From the NCBI GenBank assembly GCA_965228855.1, contig CBDDIJ010000002.1:608001-672000 (forward strand): a DNA stretch of 64,000 nucleotides, read 5' to 3'. Positions 20,001-29,381 of this stretch are shown here, piece by piece; the stretch's first letter is position 1; every line of letters starts with the position of its first letter. The DNA is from Candidatus Obscuribacterales bacterium. Lineage in GTDB: Bacteria; Cyanobacteriota; Vampirovibrionia; Obscuribacterales; Obscuribacteraceae. A model generated the notes under the pieces. The model was not told the origin of the DNA. It saw only the letters and a list, made by a program, of their open reading frames with translations, and did no database searches. A program made the translations under genes and the position numbers.

Positions 20001-21781
20001 CCCACCACGATCGAATTTCGGGCGACAATGGTGACATCGCCAAAAGAGCCTGTCCCGCTACCGCTAGCATCAATATTACTGCTGGCAGGCAAAAGCACAT
20101 TTCCACCACCCGTCCCACTGAAAGCCGCAATAGTTATGTTTCCTCCGGCATTGTCGGAACTCGTAGAATTGCTGCTGATTAGCAGATTACTGTCTGCGGC
20201 GCTGAAGTCTACATTGCCTCCCGTGGTGCTCGCACCGGTCAGGGAAACATCACCCGTTGCGGCAGTTCCAGGAATTGAGTTAGTTGTATCTGTATTCAGT
20301 CCGGTGACATTGGCACCGGCAACTATATTGATATCATAGCCTTGCGCACCACTGGTGGTGATGGACGAGACAGCATTTGTTGCACTGATGTTTCCACTCG
20401 CGATAATCGCCAGTGCCTCTCCGACGGAAATATTTCCGCTAATGATGATGTCACCGGAATCGTTATAATATGTAGGATCCCCGCAAAGGTTCTGATTCCC
20501 GAGTACGAGTGTGTCAGTGCTCGCCTTAACGTGAACAGCCGCTCCGTCTGAAACGACGCTGCCGGTCAGGTTGTTCACATCCATGTTTAAAGTGCCAGAT
20601 CCGGCTCTCAGAAAGACGTTGCGCGAAAAGAAGTCACCGCCGTCGACTCTTACCGTGCCCGGACCTATTCCGGTTCCGTCTAATATGATATCGCCGTTGG
20701 AAGCACGTACAGTTCCACCTGCATTATCAAACCGAGCATCACCAACCGAATCCTGACTGAAAGTGGTGATGACGTTACCGCGGTCAGACCGTATCAGACC
20801 GTTGTTTTGAACCGCGCTGGCTTCGAGCAGCAAGTCCTCTCCTGCCGAAATCACCCCGCCTGAACCGCTGTTCGAAATGCTTCTGGGAGAAGCAAGCCTG
20901 AGAGAACTCGAAGATGATATCGTCCCCTCATTTAAGAGCTCACCCTGCGCAATCAACGTCAGACCGCTTGAGCGCTCCCGATTGCCCACAGCGAGTATCG
21001 AAGCCCCGGCATGATTCGTGATATCGTCCGCTCCGATTTGGGAAAGAGAACGTTTCCCCAACAGCGTTTCAGAAATCGTACCGTAGTTATTTAGATCACC
21101 GGTGATTTGAATCTGCGTGTGCGCGGTTATCTTATCCTGCGCAACTACGTTAGATGGAATCGTCACATCGCCAATTTTGATTCCTCCATCACTGGTCAAG
21201 GTTTTCAACGAGAACGAACCACCGACAGCGCGTCCTGACGCATCGATTTCAATAGATTGTCGACCACTGCGTTCCTGTTGAATTGCAATGAATTGAGCGG
21301 CGGTTACACTATCACCGGCAGAAAAGGTCTTTGCCTGCCCGCCACTCTCTATTGTTATAGTGCGCCCGTTTCGGAATAAAGCTGTCGGGAGCGTGACGTT
21401 CTGGTCTGCAGATGAGAGATCGAGGTTTAGAACATAATCTGACAAGCTTGCTGCTTGTTGCGACAAAAGGACATGGCCGATTTGGGTCGATAGTCTCTGC
21501 TCAAGCCGATCCGAAAGTCGTTGAACGTGCCGGGCATTTCGTTCGTTAAGTCCAACGCGGGGCAGTGAATTCAAGGTTTGAGTCGTGGGAATTGGCAAAA
21601 CACTAGCTTCGCGAGCTTGACTCTTGAACAGCAAGCGTGCTTGATGCCTTGCTATCTCTGGATTGTTCTGACGAAACTCCCTGAACTCCGAACGAGCCTC
21701 CGCTCTGGTTCCGCAGCTCATCACGACAAGCCCGGCTGCAATCGAAAACAGAGTAGCCGAACTCTTGGTTAATAGTTTCAT
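17027..21781 (-). CDS. Large secreted Gly/Ser/Thr-rich filamentous-haemagglutinin-like beta-helical protein
   Basis: Signal peptide ending AEA; repeated L.A.G...GNGG.I units; about 1584 aa. Confidence 0.7.
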   Translation of the reverse strand: MKLLTKSSATLFSIAAGLVVMSCGTRAEARSEFREFRQNNPEIARHQARLLFKSQAREASVLPIPTTQTLNSLPRVGLNERNARHVQRLSDRLEQRLSTQIGHVLLSQQAASLSDYVLNLDLSSADQNVTLPTALFRNGRTITIESGGQAKTFSAGDSVTAAQFIAIQQERSGRQSIEIDASGRAVGGSFSLKTLTSDGGIKIGDVTIPSNVVAQDKITAHTQIQITGDLNNYGTISETLLGKRSLSQIGADDITNHAGASILAVGNRERSSGLTLIAQGELLNEGTISSSSSLRLASPRSISNSGSGGVISAGEDLLLEASAVQNNGLIRSDRGNVITTFSQDSVGDARFDNAGGTVRASNGDIILDGTGIGPGTVRVDGGDFFSRNVFLRAGSGTLNMDVNNLTGSVVSDGAAVHVKASTDTLVLGNQNLCGDPTYYNDSGDIIISGNISVGEALAIIASGNISATNAVSSITTSGAQGYDINIVAGANVTGLNTDTTNSIPGTAATGDVSLTGASTTGGNVDFSAADSNLLISSNSTSSDNAGGNITIAAFSGTGGGNVLLPASSNIDASGSGTGSFGDVTIVARNSIVVGSVSHGGTAGANDIDVIASQPVISDGGSLVFATNGSISSGNSLEGTTLGNVVATVQTGDLRSLGGAINVVSATAVLGNLDATGGSSNSSAGLVKLDLSAFSEFSVGTATSNSVLSINVSGGSVSGDAGEIFVSNVASGGSFLVGSVAVSPNGLIYDVTDGDGARISLTSGTVLTLPGGTFDVSGGGSSGNGGEIHLAARQRLEWSNSDVSPLILRANGSGVGDGGVVDYHTLTIFPEVTDDVTLGFGAGQISLEATSGSSGGNGGTATLRNIGTLLVDGSAVNVSPLGLNGNGGSIDFQAAGLATENMSHVVLQASGVGIGNGGSINLRSQVFPLTIGTDSGQFELFAEGGNVQGNGGTIYLSNSFNLTAFTDAIHANPTGANGDGASISIVAGMINSFRVIGDLVADGVGSGIGGNVLLSSGAVGFMNNKEFQIGKSGTQNGITGSISVKGSTNGSVFIESNGPISQYVDLVDVDSVDYRSRGQINITKNLGDSATSQISLRSFTAGDIVSRKPIEADMITLQTAGGNIGTNKALSVSTASLSATGASVNIRNSSGDTVSLGVSASQSGAFKFSSDGNIATVGAITGATSVELTSEGKASNIVVGDVISTDLSSGVVSLNTKGGSISNASAGLDSIQAFQVDLDSKDGDVGSSANPLRLTTTNISSKGKGSVSLRNFNGVETHLLSVKSRGDVSLASDGSIFVDEKLNSASAIALSTIANNGGIELNASIGSNKAQSIVLDVFGSGDITQSSSKVRLTANSIELYSDSGNIGSASTPLSLNSGALTVNNAGSPGGTVNISELSKTVELLDSTASGSFSLTSAGSLFINNLSAAQISIRAGGGLLRVESGATVETSAGGISLSNAGKSKSTKIEIGSSANILSMDAPGGGEIDIFIGELPATSSAGSTPTNVTVTTPGTVFFNNGITALAPNNSLSAINTQLVFSTGKLAASAIQLDGGVTIIADPPATVAPAYFSRVNSSSPVEMMWSSR

Positions 21782-21929
21782 TCTGAAGCTCCAACGCACA
21801 GTCAATAGGCGAGCAATTTTATCGCCCGAACGAAAACAGTGTCAATTGTGACATCTGGCGCACAGAACAATTTGAAGGCCTGTAGCGAGACCGAGTTTGC
21901 CACCACAGCTTCCGCTGCCGTTGCAGACT

Positions 21930-23483
21930 CTAATTGATCAAGTACAGATTGCCGTCCTGACTGCCGACACATATGCCATTGTTAGAAACTGCCGGACTGC
22001 TGATAACGGGTCGCTGAGTTTTGAACTTCCATTTAACAGCGCCGTTGCGCAAGTCGATCGCATAGACGTTTGTATCCGGGCTACCGCAATAGATCATCGA
22101 GCCGGCGACAGCAGGTGTTGACGATAGCAGTGGAACCGGCGAGTAGATCTGGGTCTTCCAGAGCATTTTGCCGGAGTCGGCGCTGAGGCAGTACATCATC
22201 TTATCGTCGTTGCCCGCAAAGATTCTGTCTTTGAAGCCCGACGGCGCAATCGAGAACGACTCGGGAGCGAGGAACTTCCATTTGAGTCCACCGGTCGCCA
22301 GGTCAACTGCATAAAGATTGTGATCCCAACTTCCGAAATAGACCAGTCCGTTCAGAATCATCGGAGACCCGAGAATTTTCCCGTTGGTTTTGAACTTCCA
22401 TAGCTGCGAGCCGTTTTTCATCGACAGAGCGTGAACCGTTCCCAGGTGCGAAGCCACCACGACCACTCCGGGTGAGATGGCTGGACTTCCAGTCATACGT
22501 CCTATGCCTTTGATGAAATTGTCTCCCGCAGGCAATGCGGCCGCCGGCGTGCTGGTAGAGGGAGGAGTTGTTGCTGTTTCTCCCGCGGCACCTTCACCCG
22601 ACGCTTCGTCTTTCGGAAAAGTCCAGACCTTTGCGCCTGTTTGAACATTTAGCGCGTAAACATGACCGTCCCAACCACCGATGTATGCGATGTCGTCGAT
22701 GATTGTCGGGGAGGCGGAGACGCGATCGGCAGTCGCGACCGACCATTTAACCGCTCCGGTCTTAGCGTCTATTCCATATATTTTGAAATCTTCGCAACCG
22801 ACCACGATCATTTGATCGGTGACGGCAGGGGACGACTTCACCTTGCCGCCCAGTTCGGCTTTCCACAGCATTCTTCCGGTGCGCTCGTCGACCGCGTATA
22901 AACAGAAGTCGTCGCTTCCGACATAGACTACTCCTTTATGTATGGCTGGTGATGAGTCGATCGGACCCTCAGCTGGGAAAGTCCAACGCAACTTTCCAGT
23001 CGGATAGAAGTCCGGTCCGACATTAAAGTGGCTGGTATGACCGGGGTTTTGCAAAAACATCTTCCAACTGCCGGCGTAATTGGACATCATATTCGCGGAA
23101 CCCTGCAAGAGCTTATCCTTACTAGGAGCTGCTGGAGCATTTTCATCCGAGTGCTGAACATTCTGAACAGCAGAGCCTGTTAACGAAGTTGCTGCCGGCG
23201 CACCCGCATGGCCAGACGCTCCAGTCGAAGCAGTGCCGGATCCGGTTGGCGATTTGGTAGTTGAAACAGCAGCCGATCCAGACGCCGATTTGGCAGCGCC
23301 GGATGTTGTTGAAACAGCGGCAGCTGCCGGTTTCGCTTTCACATTCCCGGGCTTAGGGGCAGAAACTTTTGAAGCTGACCCACCCGCAGTGGAAGTCTGA
23401 GCAATTGCTGAAACGCCCCACAGACCGACCGTTATCGCAACTGTGAATGCTGCTGAAACCGTTGTTTTCTTTTGCATCTTCAT
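21930..23483 (-). CDS. Secreted PQQ-like (BamB-type) beta-propeller protein
   Basis: Signal peptide ending AIA, Ala/Ser/Thr linker, repeated SSP.....VY.GS.D..LYA.D..TG...W blades. Confidence 0.87.
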   Translation of the reverse strand: MKMQKKTTVSAAFTVAITVGLWGVSAIAQTSTAGGSASKVSAPKPGNVKAKPAAAAVSTTSGAAKSASGSAAVSTTKSPTGSGTASTGASGHAGAPAATSLTGSAVQNVQHSDENAPAAPSKDKLLQGSANMMSNYAGSWKMFLQNPGHTSHFNVGPDFYPTGKLRWTFPAEGPIDSSPAIHKGVVYVGSDDFCLYAVDERTGRMLWKAELGGKVKSSPAVTDQMIVVGCEDFKIYGIDAKTGAVKWSVATADRVSASPTIIDDIAYIGGWDGHVYALNVQTGAKVWTFPKDEASGEGAAGETATTPPSTSTPAAALPAGDNFIKGIGRMTGSPAISPGVVVVASHLGTVHALSMKNGSQLWKFKTNGKILGSPMILNGLVYFGSWDHNLYAVDLATGGLKWKFLAPESFSIAPSGFKDRIFAGNDDKMMYCLSADSGKMLWKTQIYSPVPLLSSTPAVAGSMIYCGSPDTNVYAIDLRNGAVKWKFKTQRPVISSPAVSNNGICVGSQDGNLYLIN

Positions 23484-24001
23484 GACAAGATCTCGCTCTA
23501 TCTTTCCCGCAACTACCGCTACCAATCGCAAGTAAGGTGATTATAGATGTATCCGTCATTTAATGTCGTTCTATTCGCGTTGATGAAAAGCTAATTTCAT
23601 CGATTCGTTTATTCCAGTTCCAAAAATCGACCGGTCGGAACCAAGAAATCATCAACGTTTTGAACGCTGCAAATCGGCTACCACAATCGGTTGTGCGATA
23701 AACGTCCCACACAGACAGCACTGCATATACCTTAGACTCGCGCAATATATCGCAAAAATAGACACGGAGTCATTCTTCGATTACGCACAAGCAGGCGACG
23801 CCGCAAAACCCGGAACAATAGGTGGATTGAGCTTGTCGGGGATTTTGCGTTTCCCTACAACGTCCTTAGCATCAAAGTTTCCGACGCAGAGCAAAAAAGT
23901 TTTTTTCTGAATTGCAGTCAGAATCTATTGTTTATTCAAAAGTGGGGTGATATCATCCCAGCTTGTGAGTTGGAATGAGTATTTCCATAGGAGGAAATCG
24001 C

Positions 24002-24412
24002 ATGAACCGAGCTGAGCTCGTCGAGCAAGTAGCAAAGGCTACAGGTAGTCCGAAGTCGGAAGTAACCCGTACTCTTTCGGCTATGCTCCACTCTATTACA
24101 GGCGCCCTGTCTAAAGGCGATAAAGTGACTCTCGTTGGCTTCGGCACATTCGAGCGTCGCATGCGTAAGGCTCGCACCGGACGCAACCCGAGAACCCTTG
24201 CTCCTTTGAAAATTGCTGCAGCAAGAGTTCCCGCTTTCCGCGCTGGAAAAGAACTCAAGGACATCGTGAACGGCCGTTCTAAACAGCCCGTTCTCAAATT
24301 GGCTAAAGCTAAAGCTGCTAAACCAGCTCCTAAAGCCAAAGCTGCTAAGCCAGCCAAAAAAGCTGCTAAGCCCGCTAAAAAAGCTGTCAAAAAAGGCGGC
24401 AAGAAAAGATAA
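24002..24412 (+). CDS. hup: HU-family DNA-binding protein with C-terminal PAKKA/histone-H1-like tail
   Basis: MNRAELVEQVA, VTLVGFGTF, ARTGRNPRT, VPAFRAGKELKD; AGGAGG RBS. Confidence 0.93.
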   Translation: MNRAELVEQVAKATGSPKSEVTRTLSAMLHSITGALSKGDKVTLVGFGTFERRMRKARTGRNPRTLAPLKIAAARVPAFRAGKELKDIVNGRSKQPVLKLAKAKAAKPAPKAKAAKPAKKAAKPAKKAVKKGGKKR

Positions 24413-24418
24413 TCGATG

Positions 24419-24452
24419 AAAGTCGCAGTTCTACTCGGACTGCGACTTTTCT
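24419..24452 (+). terminator. Intrinsic terminator after hup
   Basis: AAAGTCGCAGT-loop-ACTGCGACTTT followed by T. Confidence 0.8.
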
Positions 24453-24503
24453 CAAATGACCGTTTGTGGATTAGGTAAGGCAAAAGTCATTCCAACTCAA
24501 TTT

Positions 24504-24536
24504 AAGAGGGCTCTACTCAGAGCCCTCTTTTCTTTT
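24504..24536 (+). terminator. Second intrinsic terminator
   Basis: AAGAGGGCTCT-ACTC-AGAGCCCTCTT then TTCTTTT. Confidence 0.8.
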
Positions 24537-25303
24537 GGAATTAAACGTTGCGAGCAATCGCAGATGCTAGAACAGGGCGCGGCAGATGAGTTGACGAAGC
24601 GCCATCTTACAACAGAATAGAACACAACACCGTCTATGTCCTCGAACAATTTAGACTTTCGAGGCAAGCCGACACCACAGGCGACACCAGAAGCAGCGAT
24701 CTCAAACACAAAATGTGAACACAAACGCCACTGCATATGGTGCCCCGAAAACAATTAAATCCCGTACACCTGACTCCAGATGCGGTGGCAGTCTTTCGCT
24801 CAATTTTTTGCTGCATGCAAAGCAACTCCACCTCCCCTTTGGCTCGAGACTTGATGCCAGAAGTGGTGGCACAGCTGCGCGATGGATTTCGCGCCACTCT
24901 CTTGACATTTATCCCGCGAGGCGGGTTTCGACCCGGGTAGCAAAGCGTCGCTAGCCTATATTTACTTCAGAGATCAAAAACCAAAAGAACACTTCTGGTT
25001 CCCCGAGGCTGTAAAGCACCACCTAGCCTCTTTCTATATATCTAGCGTAGGCCTGAGATGCTTAAGTTAACCCTTGTCATGATGATCTCTATCTAATAGT
25101 CACTTGAGTGTAGATGCCCGCGTAGTCATAACATGGAGTTCTAAAGAGTTTATTTTCCTGTTTCACGCGATTCCCAACAACAACTGCTCACCGACTACGC
25201 CAACGTTTTGAACCTTCATCGCGGAAGGGGGTTGGATGACGTACGGAAAGGCAACGCGTCCGGAAACAACCGGTCGGCGTCTAACTGAAATTGGAGTTCC
25301 GCA

Positions 25304-26020
25304 ATGGATGCAGTCCTTGCAAACTCGCTCTCGGCTGACTTGTTCGCCTGGGCGAGGAATCTTTTTTCAACCATCGATTTCGACCTGATCAGCACGTACA
25401 TGCCCAAGATCGTAATCGCCGTTTTCCTCGGCGGTTTGCTTGGCTGGGAACGGCGCGTCAGGGGCAAGCAAGCCGGCATCCGCACCCACATGGTGCTGTC
25501 CGCCACGGCGTGCCTGGTTGCCGTTTGCGGCGTCTACCTCTTCGACATCTCGAAGTCTGGTGACCCCGCTCGTCTCGCGCATGGCGTTCTCGCCGGCGTG
25601 GGATTCGTGGGAGCGGGTGTGATCTTCAAGCGCGGGGTCAACACCTCGGGTTTGACCACCTCCGCCACGATTCTGTTCTCGGTCGGTGTCGGCATCGCGT
25701 GCGGTCTGGGGCTGTCGCTTGTCGCTACGGCGACGGTGCTGCTCACAATCCTCTCGCTGGGCATCAGCTATCGGCTGTTTCCCTCTTTCGATTACGGCGG
25801 CAACTTGCTGCGGGTGGTCTGCCCGATCAGCAAGTTCACCGAGATTCGCAAGCTGTTTGGCCCCAAGGCCCACGCGGCTCGCGTCAACAAGACGGGACAA
25901 CTGATCGAGGCGCACATCCACACGTCGCTCTCGCATCAGGAGCTGGACAAGCTCATCGCGTCGCTGATTCACAACGACGACATCGTCGCGATCGAAGTAC
26001 TCGACCGCACGGTCGACTAG
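25304..26020 (+). CDS. MgtC/SapB-family membrane protein
   Basis: GGLLGWER...KQAGIRTHM, DPARLA.GVLAGVGFVGAGVI, GLTTSA. Confidence 0.9.
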   Translation: MDAVLANSLSADLFAWARNLFSTIDFDLISTYMPKIVIAVFLGGLLGWERRVRGKQAGIRTHMVLSATACLVAVCGVYLFDISKSGDPARLAHGVLAGVGFVGAGVIFKRGVNTSGLTTSATILFSVGVGIACGLGLSLVATATVLLTILSLGISYRLFPSFDYGGNLLRVVCPISKFTEIRKLFGPKAHAARVNKTGQLIEAHIHTSLSHQELDKLIASLIHNDDIVAIEVLDRTVD

Positions 26021-26138
26021 GTATTCGTCAGCCGGCGCACGCTGTTTTGCACGAGCGCTGGCGTCTCACCATTCCCATAACCGTAGTCGAAGGCGGCGAC
26101 ATCCTCGAAGTCGCCCTCGGCGTTTTTACGGAGATATC

Positions 26139-27050
26139 ATGTCGTCTCACGACATCGCAATCGTCTTCAACCCCAAAGGAGGTTCGGCAAGCGCCGGCCC
26201 CGTCAACAAGCTGGTCTCGCTTCTGGAAGCGCGCGGCTGCAAGGTCGAAAAACTGAGCACCACGCCCGAACCGGGATCGGCAACAAAGCTCGCTCGCAGT
26301 GCTGCTTCGAGTGGGGCGAAATTGGTCATCGCCTTCGGCGGTGATGGGACGATCTGCCAGGTGGCAGAAGGCCTGATTGGCACGGATGCAGCCATGGCAG
26401 CCTATCAAGGCGGCACCGGCAACCTCTTCGCGCGCACCTACAACTCGAAGCTCAGCCCTGAGCTGTTCGTCGAGATGGTGCTCGAAGGGACGCCTCAGCC
26501 GGTGGACATGATCAAGCTCGATTACGTGGACATCCACGGCGTCGCGCATGACCGGCTGTTCATGACCTGTTTCGGAATCGGCCCGCTGTCCGACTCCATT
26601 CTGGTCAGCCAGAACGTCAAACGCATCTTCGGCAAACTCGCCTATGTGTTCGGCGTGGCGAAGGCGAGCTTCATGCTCAAACCGATTCGCTGCTCGCTGG
26701 TCACCGAAGACCAGGGCAGGAAGCGCTCCATGGACGCGGCAATCGTCGCCGTCGCGAACGTGCTTCCGCCCAATATGACGCTCATCAGCCGCGGATGCAA
26801 CGCCTCCGACGGATTGATGGACACGACTTACGTGACAGCCCGCAACTTCTTCGACCTGCTTCCTCTTGCAGGATGGCTGCCACTGGGCTCGCCGGAGCGC
26901 TCGCCGCACTACGGGCGGTTGCGCACAGCCAGTCTCAAGATCAAGACCGAAACGCCGGTCATCCCGAACATCGATGGTGACGCCAGCCCCGCCACGACGG
27001 AGCTGTCACTGAAGGTGGTACCGGGTGCGGTGCGAATGGTTTTGATCTAG
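26139..27050 (+). CDS. Diacylglycerol/lipid kinase family protein (DgkB/YegS-like)
   Basis: VFNPKGG, GGDGT, GGTGNLFAR, NIDGD. Confidence 0.88.
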   Translation: MSSHDIAIVFNPKGGSASAGPVNKLVSLLEARGCKVEKLSTTPEPGSATKLARSAASSGAKLVIAFGGDGTICQVAEGLIGTDAAMAAYQGGTGNLFARTYNSKLSPELFVEMVLEGTPQPVDMIKLDYVDIHGVAHDRLFMTCFGIGPLSDSILVSQNVKRIFGKLAYVFGVAKASFMLKPIRCSLVTEDQGRKRSMDAAIVAVANVLPPNMTLISRGCNASDGLMDTTYVTARNFFDLLPLAGWLPLGSPERSPHYGRLRTASLKIKTETPVIPNIDGDASPATTELSLKVVPGAVRMVLI

Positions 27051-27189
27051 TCCCAAAATTCAATGCAAACTGGAGCCGTCGAAGAGAGTGGCAACACGCG
27101 TCTGCGGATGGCTGAGGAGCCCTCCCGCGTGCACTCGAATCTCGGTTCTAAAATTCAACACGCAGTTCCAAACAGGAGCTACAGAGAAC

Positions 27190-28071
27190 ATGTCTCAATT
27201 CTCAATCGTCTACGGTCTCGCCGCTCTCGCCGTCATCTTCGTAGCCTGGCGCGCGGTATTCTGGTACCGCGAAGGTCAGAAGCTGCAGAAGGACGGCTAT
27301 CTGCCGCCGCACCCGACCTTCTTCGGTCAGTGGCTGCTGCGGCTCATCTCCAAGATCATGACGCGCCTGTTCGTCGGTCCGGTGAAGGTCATCGGCCGCG
27401 AGAACGCTACGGCGTTCAAGGGTCGCATCCACATCCTGCCGAACCACCAGTTTCCGCTGGACTTCATGGTGGTCGGCAAATCGCTGCCGTATGGCTTCCG
27501 TCACCTCGGCACCGCCGGGCAGATGGCGGGCGGCTTCCGCGGCACGCTCGCAGCGTTCGCCGGTTTCTTCGCCGTGAAAACGGAAGCCGGCAAGGCGACC
27601 GAAAAGGGCGGCGGCGAGAAGGCAGTGCATTCCATGGCACTCGCCCTGGCTCGCCACAAGAAGAGCCGCGTCCTGACGTTCGCGCAGGGCAAGCTGGTCG
27701 GCGACAACGTGCTCCGTCCGGAGGAATTCCGCACGGGCGTAATCCGCGCCAACCAGGCGGCAATCCAGGAGCATGGCGTGTCGCCGGATGACCTTGCGGT
27801 CCTGCCGATGGCCATTCACTACATGCGCGACCCGCGGCAGGCGACCTGGATGCACCGGCTGATCGTCAAGATCGGCTGGCGCTCGTTCCGCACGTTCCGC
27901 ATGTTCGGCGAAACCACCCGCAACTACGGCGCCGTCGTCGCGATCGGCAAGCCGATCAAGATGTCGCAGCTGCCGGCTGACCCGCGCGAGGCAATCGAGG
28001 TGGTGCGCCGCGCCATCGAAGGCCAGCTCACCGAAGCACGGGTCTGGGCGAACACGCGCATCGAGGGCTAA
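27190..28071 (+). CDS. PlsC-like glycerolipid acyltransferase (divergent)
   Basis: N-terminal TM helix, PNHQFPLD (HX4D); FAQG in place of FPEG. Confidence 0.75.
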   Translation: MSQFSIVYGLAALAVIFVAWRAVFWYREGQKLQKDGYLPPHPTFFGQWLLRLISKIMTRLFVGPVKVIGRENATAFKGRIHILPNHQFPLDFMVVGKSLPYGFRHLGTAGQMAGGFRGTLAAFAGFFAVKTEAGKATEKGGGEKAVHSMALALARHKKSRVLTFAQGKLVGDNVLRPEEFRTGVIRANQAAIQEHGVSPDDLAVLPMAIHYMRDPRQATWMHRLIVKIGWRSFRTFRMFGETTRNYGAVVAIGKPIKMSQLPADPREAIEVVRRAIEGQLTEARVWANTRIEG

Positions 28072-28302
28072 CCGCTCCAAACTGGCTGAGTTAAGCAGCC
28101 GGATAGTTTTTCGAGTACCGCACCACCGACGCTCAGTATCGCCGGTGGTGCGGGGTTCTTAGTGTTTCGCACGGAGTCTGAACACTCTGCAAAGAAACCA
28201 CGCTGGACGCCGCGAGCCAGGCGACGAGACTGTTCAAACGGTTTCGCCGCCCTCGCGTCTGCCATAACAGAAGTCACCTTGAAGGTGACGTCAGGATGTC
28301 TC

Positions 28303-29154
28303 ATGTCACTTGAACAAATTCCGGCGATCGCATGGCTGCTTCTCGCAGCCATCGCCGTTTTCTCAGTCTGGCGACTCAGCCCCGTTCGTCAACGGGTTCG
28401 CCAGTACATCGATAAGGTGCAGACCTGCGGCTACCTCGCCCCTCCGCCCACACCACATGCGGTGCGGCGCTTGAGGAGAATGGCGAAAGCTCTGATCTTC
28501 ATCCAGGTCGGCAAAATCAAGGTCATCGGGCGCGAGAATCTCGAAAGCGCACCCGGTCCGATCGTCGTCACGCCCAACCATCCGCACTGGGCTGACACCG
28601 CTGCTCTCCCGATTCTGATGAACGGTCCGGCTCGCTACATGGCGGCACGGGGCGTCTTCACATTCGCAGGCGGGCTGGGCGGTCTCCTCGTCGGTCCGGT
28701 GGGCGCTTTCTGTGCCGACCTGACCAGGGGCAAAGGTGGTCCGGCCAAGGACGCCGCTGTCCAGGTGTTGACCTCCGGTCAGCGCCTGGTCATGTTCCCC
28801 GAAGGTTGGGCGTACCTCGACGGTAAGCTCGGTCCGTTCAAAAAGGGCGCCATTCGCATCGCGCGAGAGGCTTCCGAACGACTCCAGAAGCCGACCTACG
28901 TCGTCCCCGTCAATCTGCGTTACGGCAAGTATCCGGGCACCTGGATCACGAAACTGCCGCCGCCGATCGAGTATTTCCTCGTGTTCATGCTGTTCTTCCT
29001 CTTCCGCCGCGGACTGACCATGGTGGTCGGGAAACCGGTCGCCATCGACCAGTTTTCTAGCGATGACGCGGAGGCGACCGAGCAGCTGAAGAAGATGATC
29101 GTCGCTCTAGACCCTGCTCCGGAGAAGGTTGCGTACCAAGTCGGAAGCCACTGA
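28303..29154 (+). CDS. PlsC-family 1-acyl-sn-glycerol-3-phosphate acyltransferase
   Basis: PNHPHWAD (HX4D), MFPEG, PFKKGA. Confidence 0.87.
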   Translation: MSLEQIPAIAWLLLAAIAVFSVWRLSPVRQRVRQYIDKVQTCGYLAPPPTPHAVRRLRRMAKALIFIQVGKIKVIGRENLESAPGPIVVTPNHPHWADTAALPILMNGPARYMAARGVFTFAGGLGGLLVGPVGAFCADLTRGKGGPAKDAAVQVLTSGQRLVMFPEGWAYLDGKLGPFKKGAIRIAREASERLQKPTYVVPVNLRYGKYPGTWITKLPPPIEYFLVFMLFFLFRRGLTMVVGKPVAIDQFSSDDAEATEQLKKMIVALDPAPEKVAYQVGSH

Positions 29155-29381
29155 GCTTCTGCGGCGAAGCGATTCGCGTACGTTAAACTATCCAAGACAG
29201 CTCGCTGGCAAACGAGTTACTCTTAGAGCATAGAGGCTGTCGCTGTCGCGACAGCCTCTCCGTTTACGCCGTCAACACTGTGCGTCTTTCTGCAAATCTC
29301 ACAGCAACCGAGATCGGTTTAACCGGCTCTGGTTGCGCATTCAAAACGACTCTCATGAGTCTGACCGAAAGGATAACTCAG

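Noticed and set aside
24635..24954. Short ORFs downstream of the hup terminators as a frameshifted gene
   Set aside because: No RBS, recognisable motif or consistent frame; cannot be supported.
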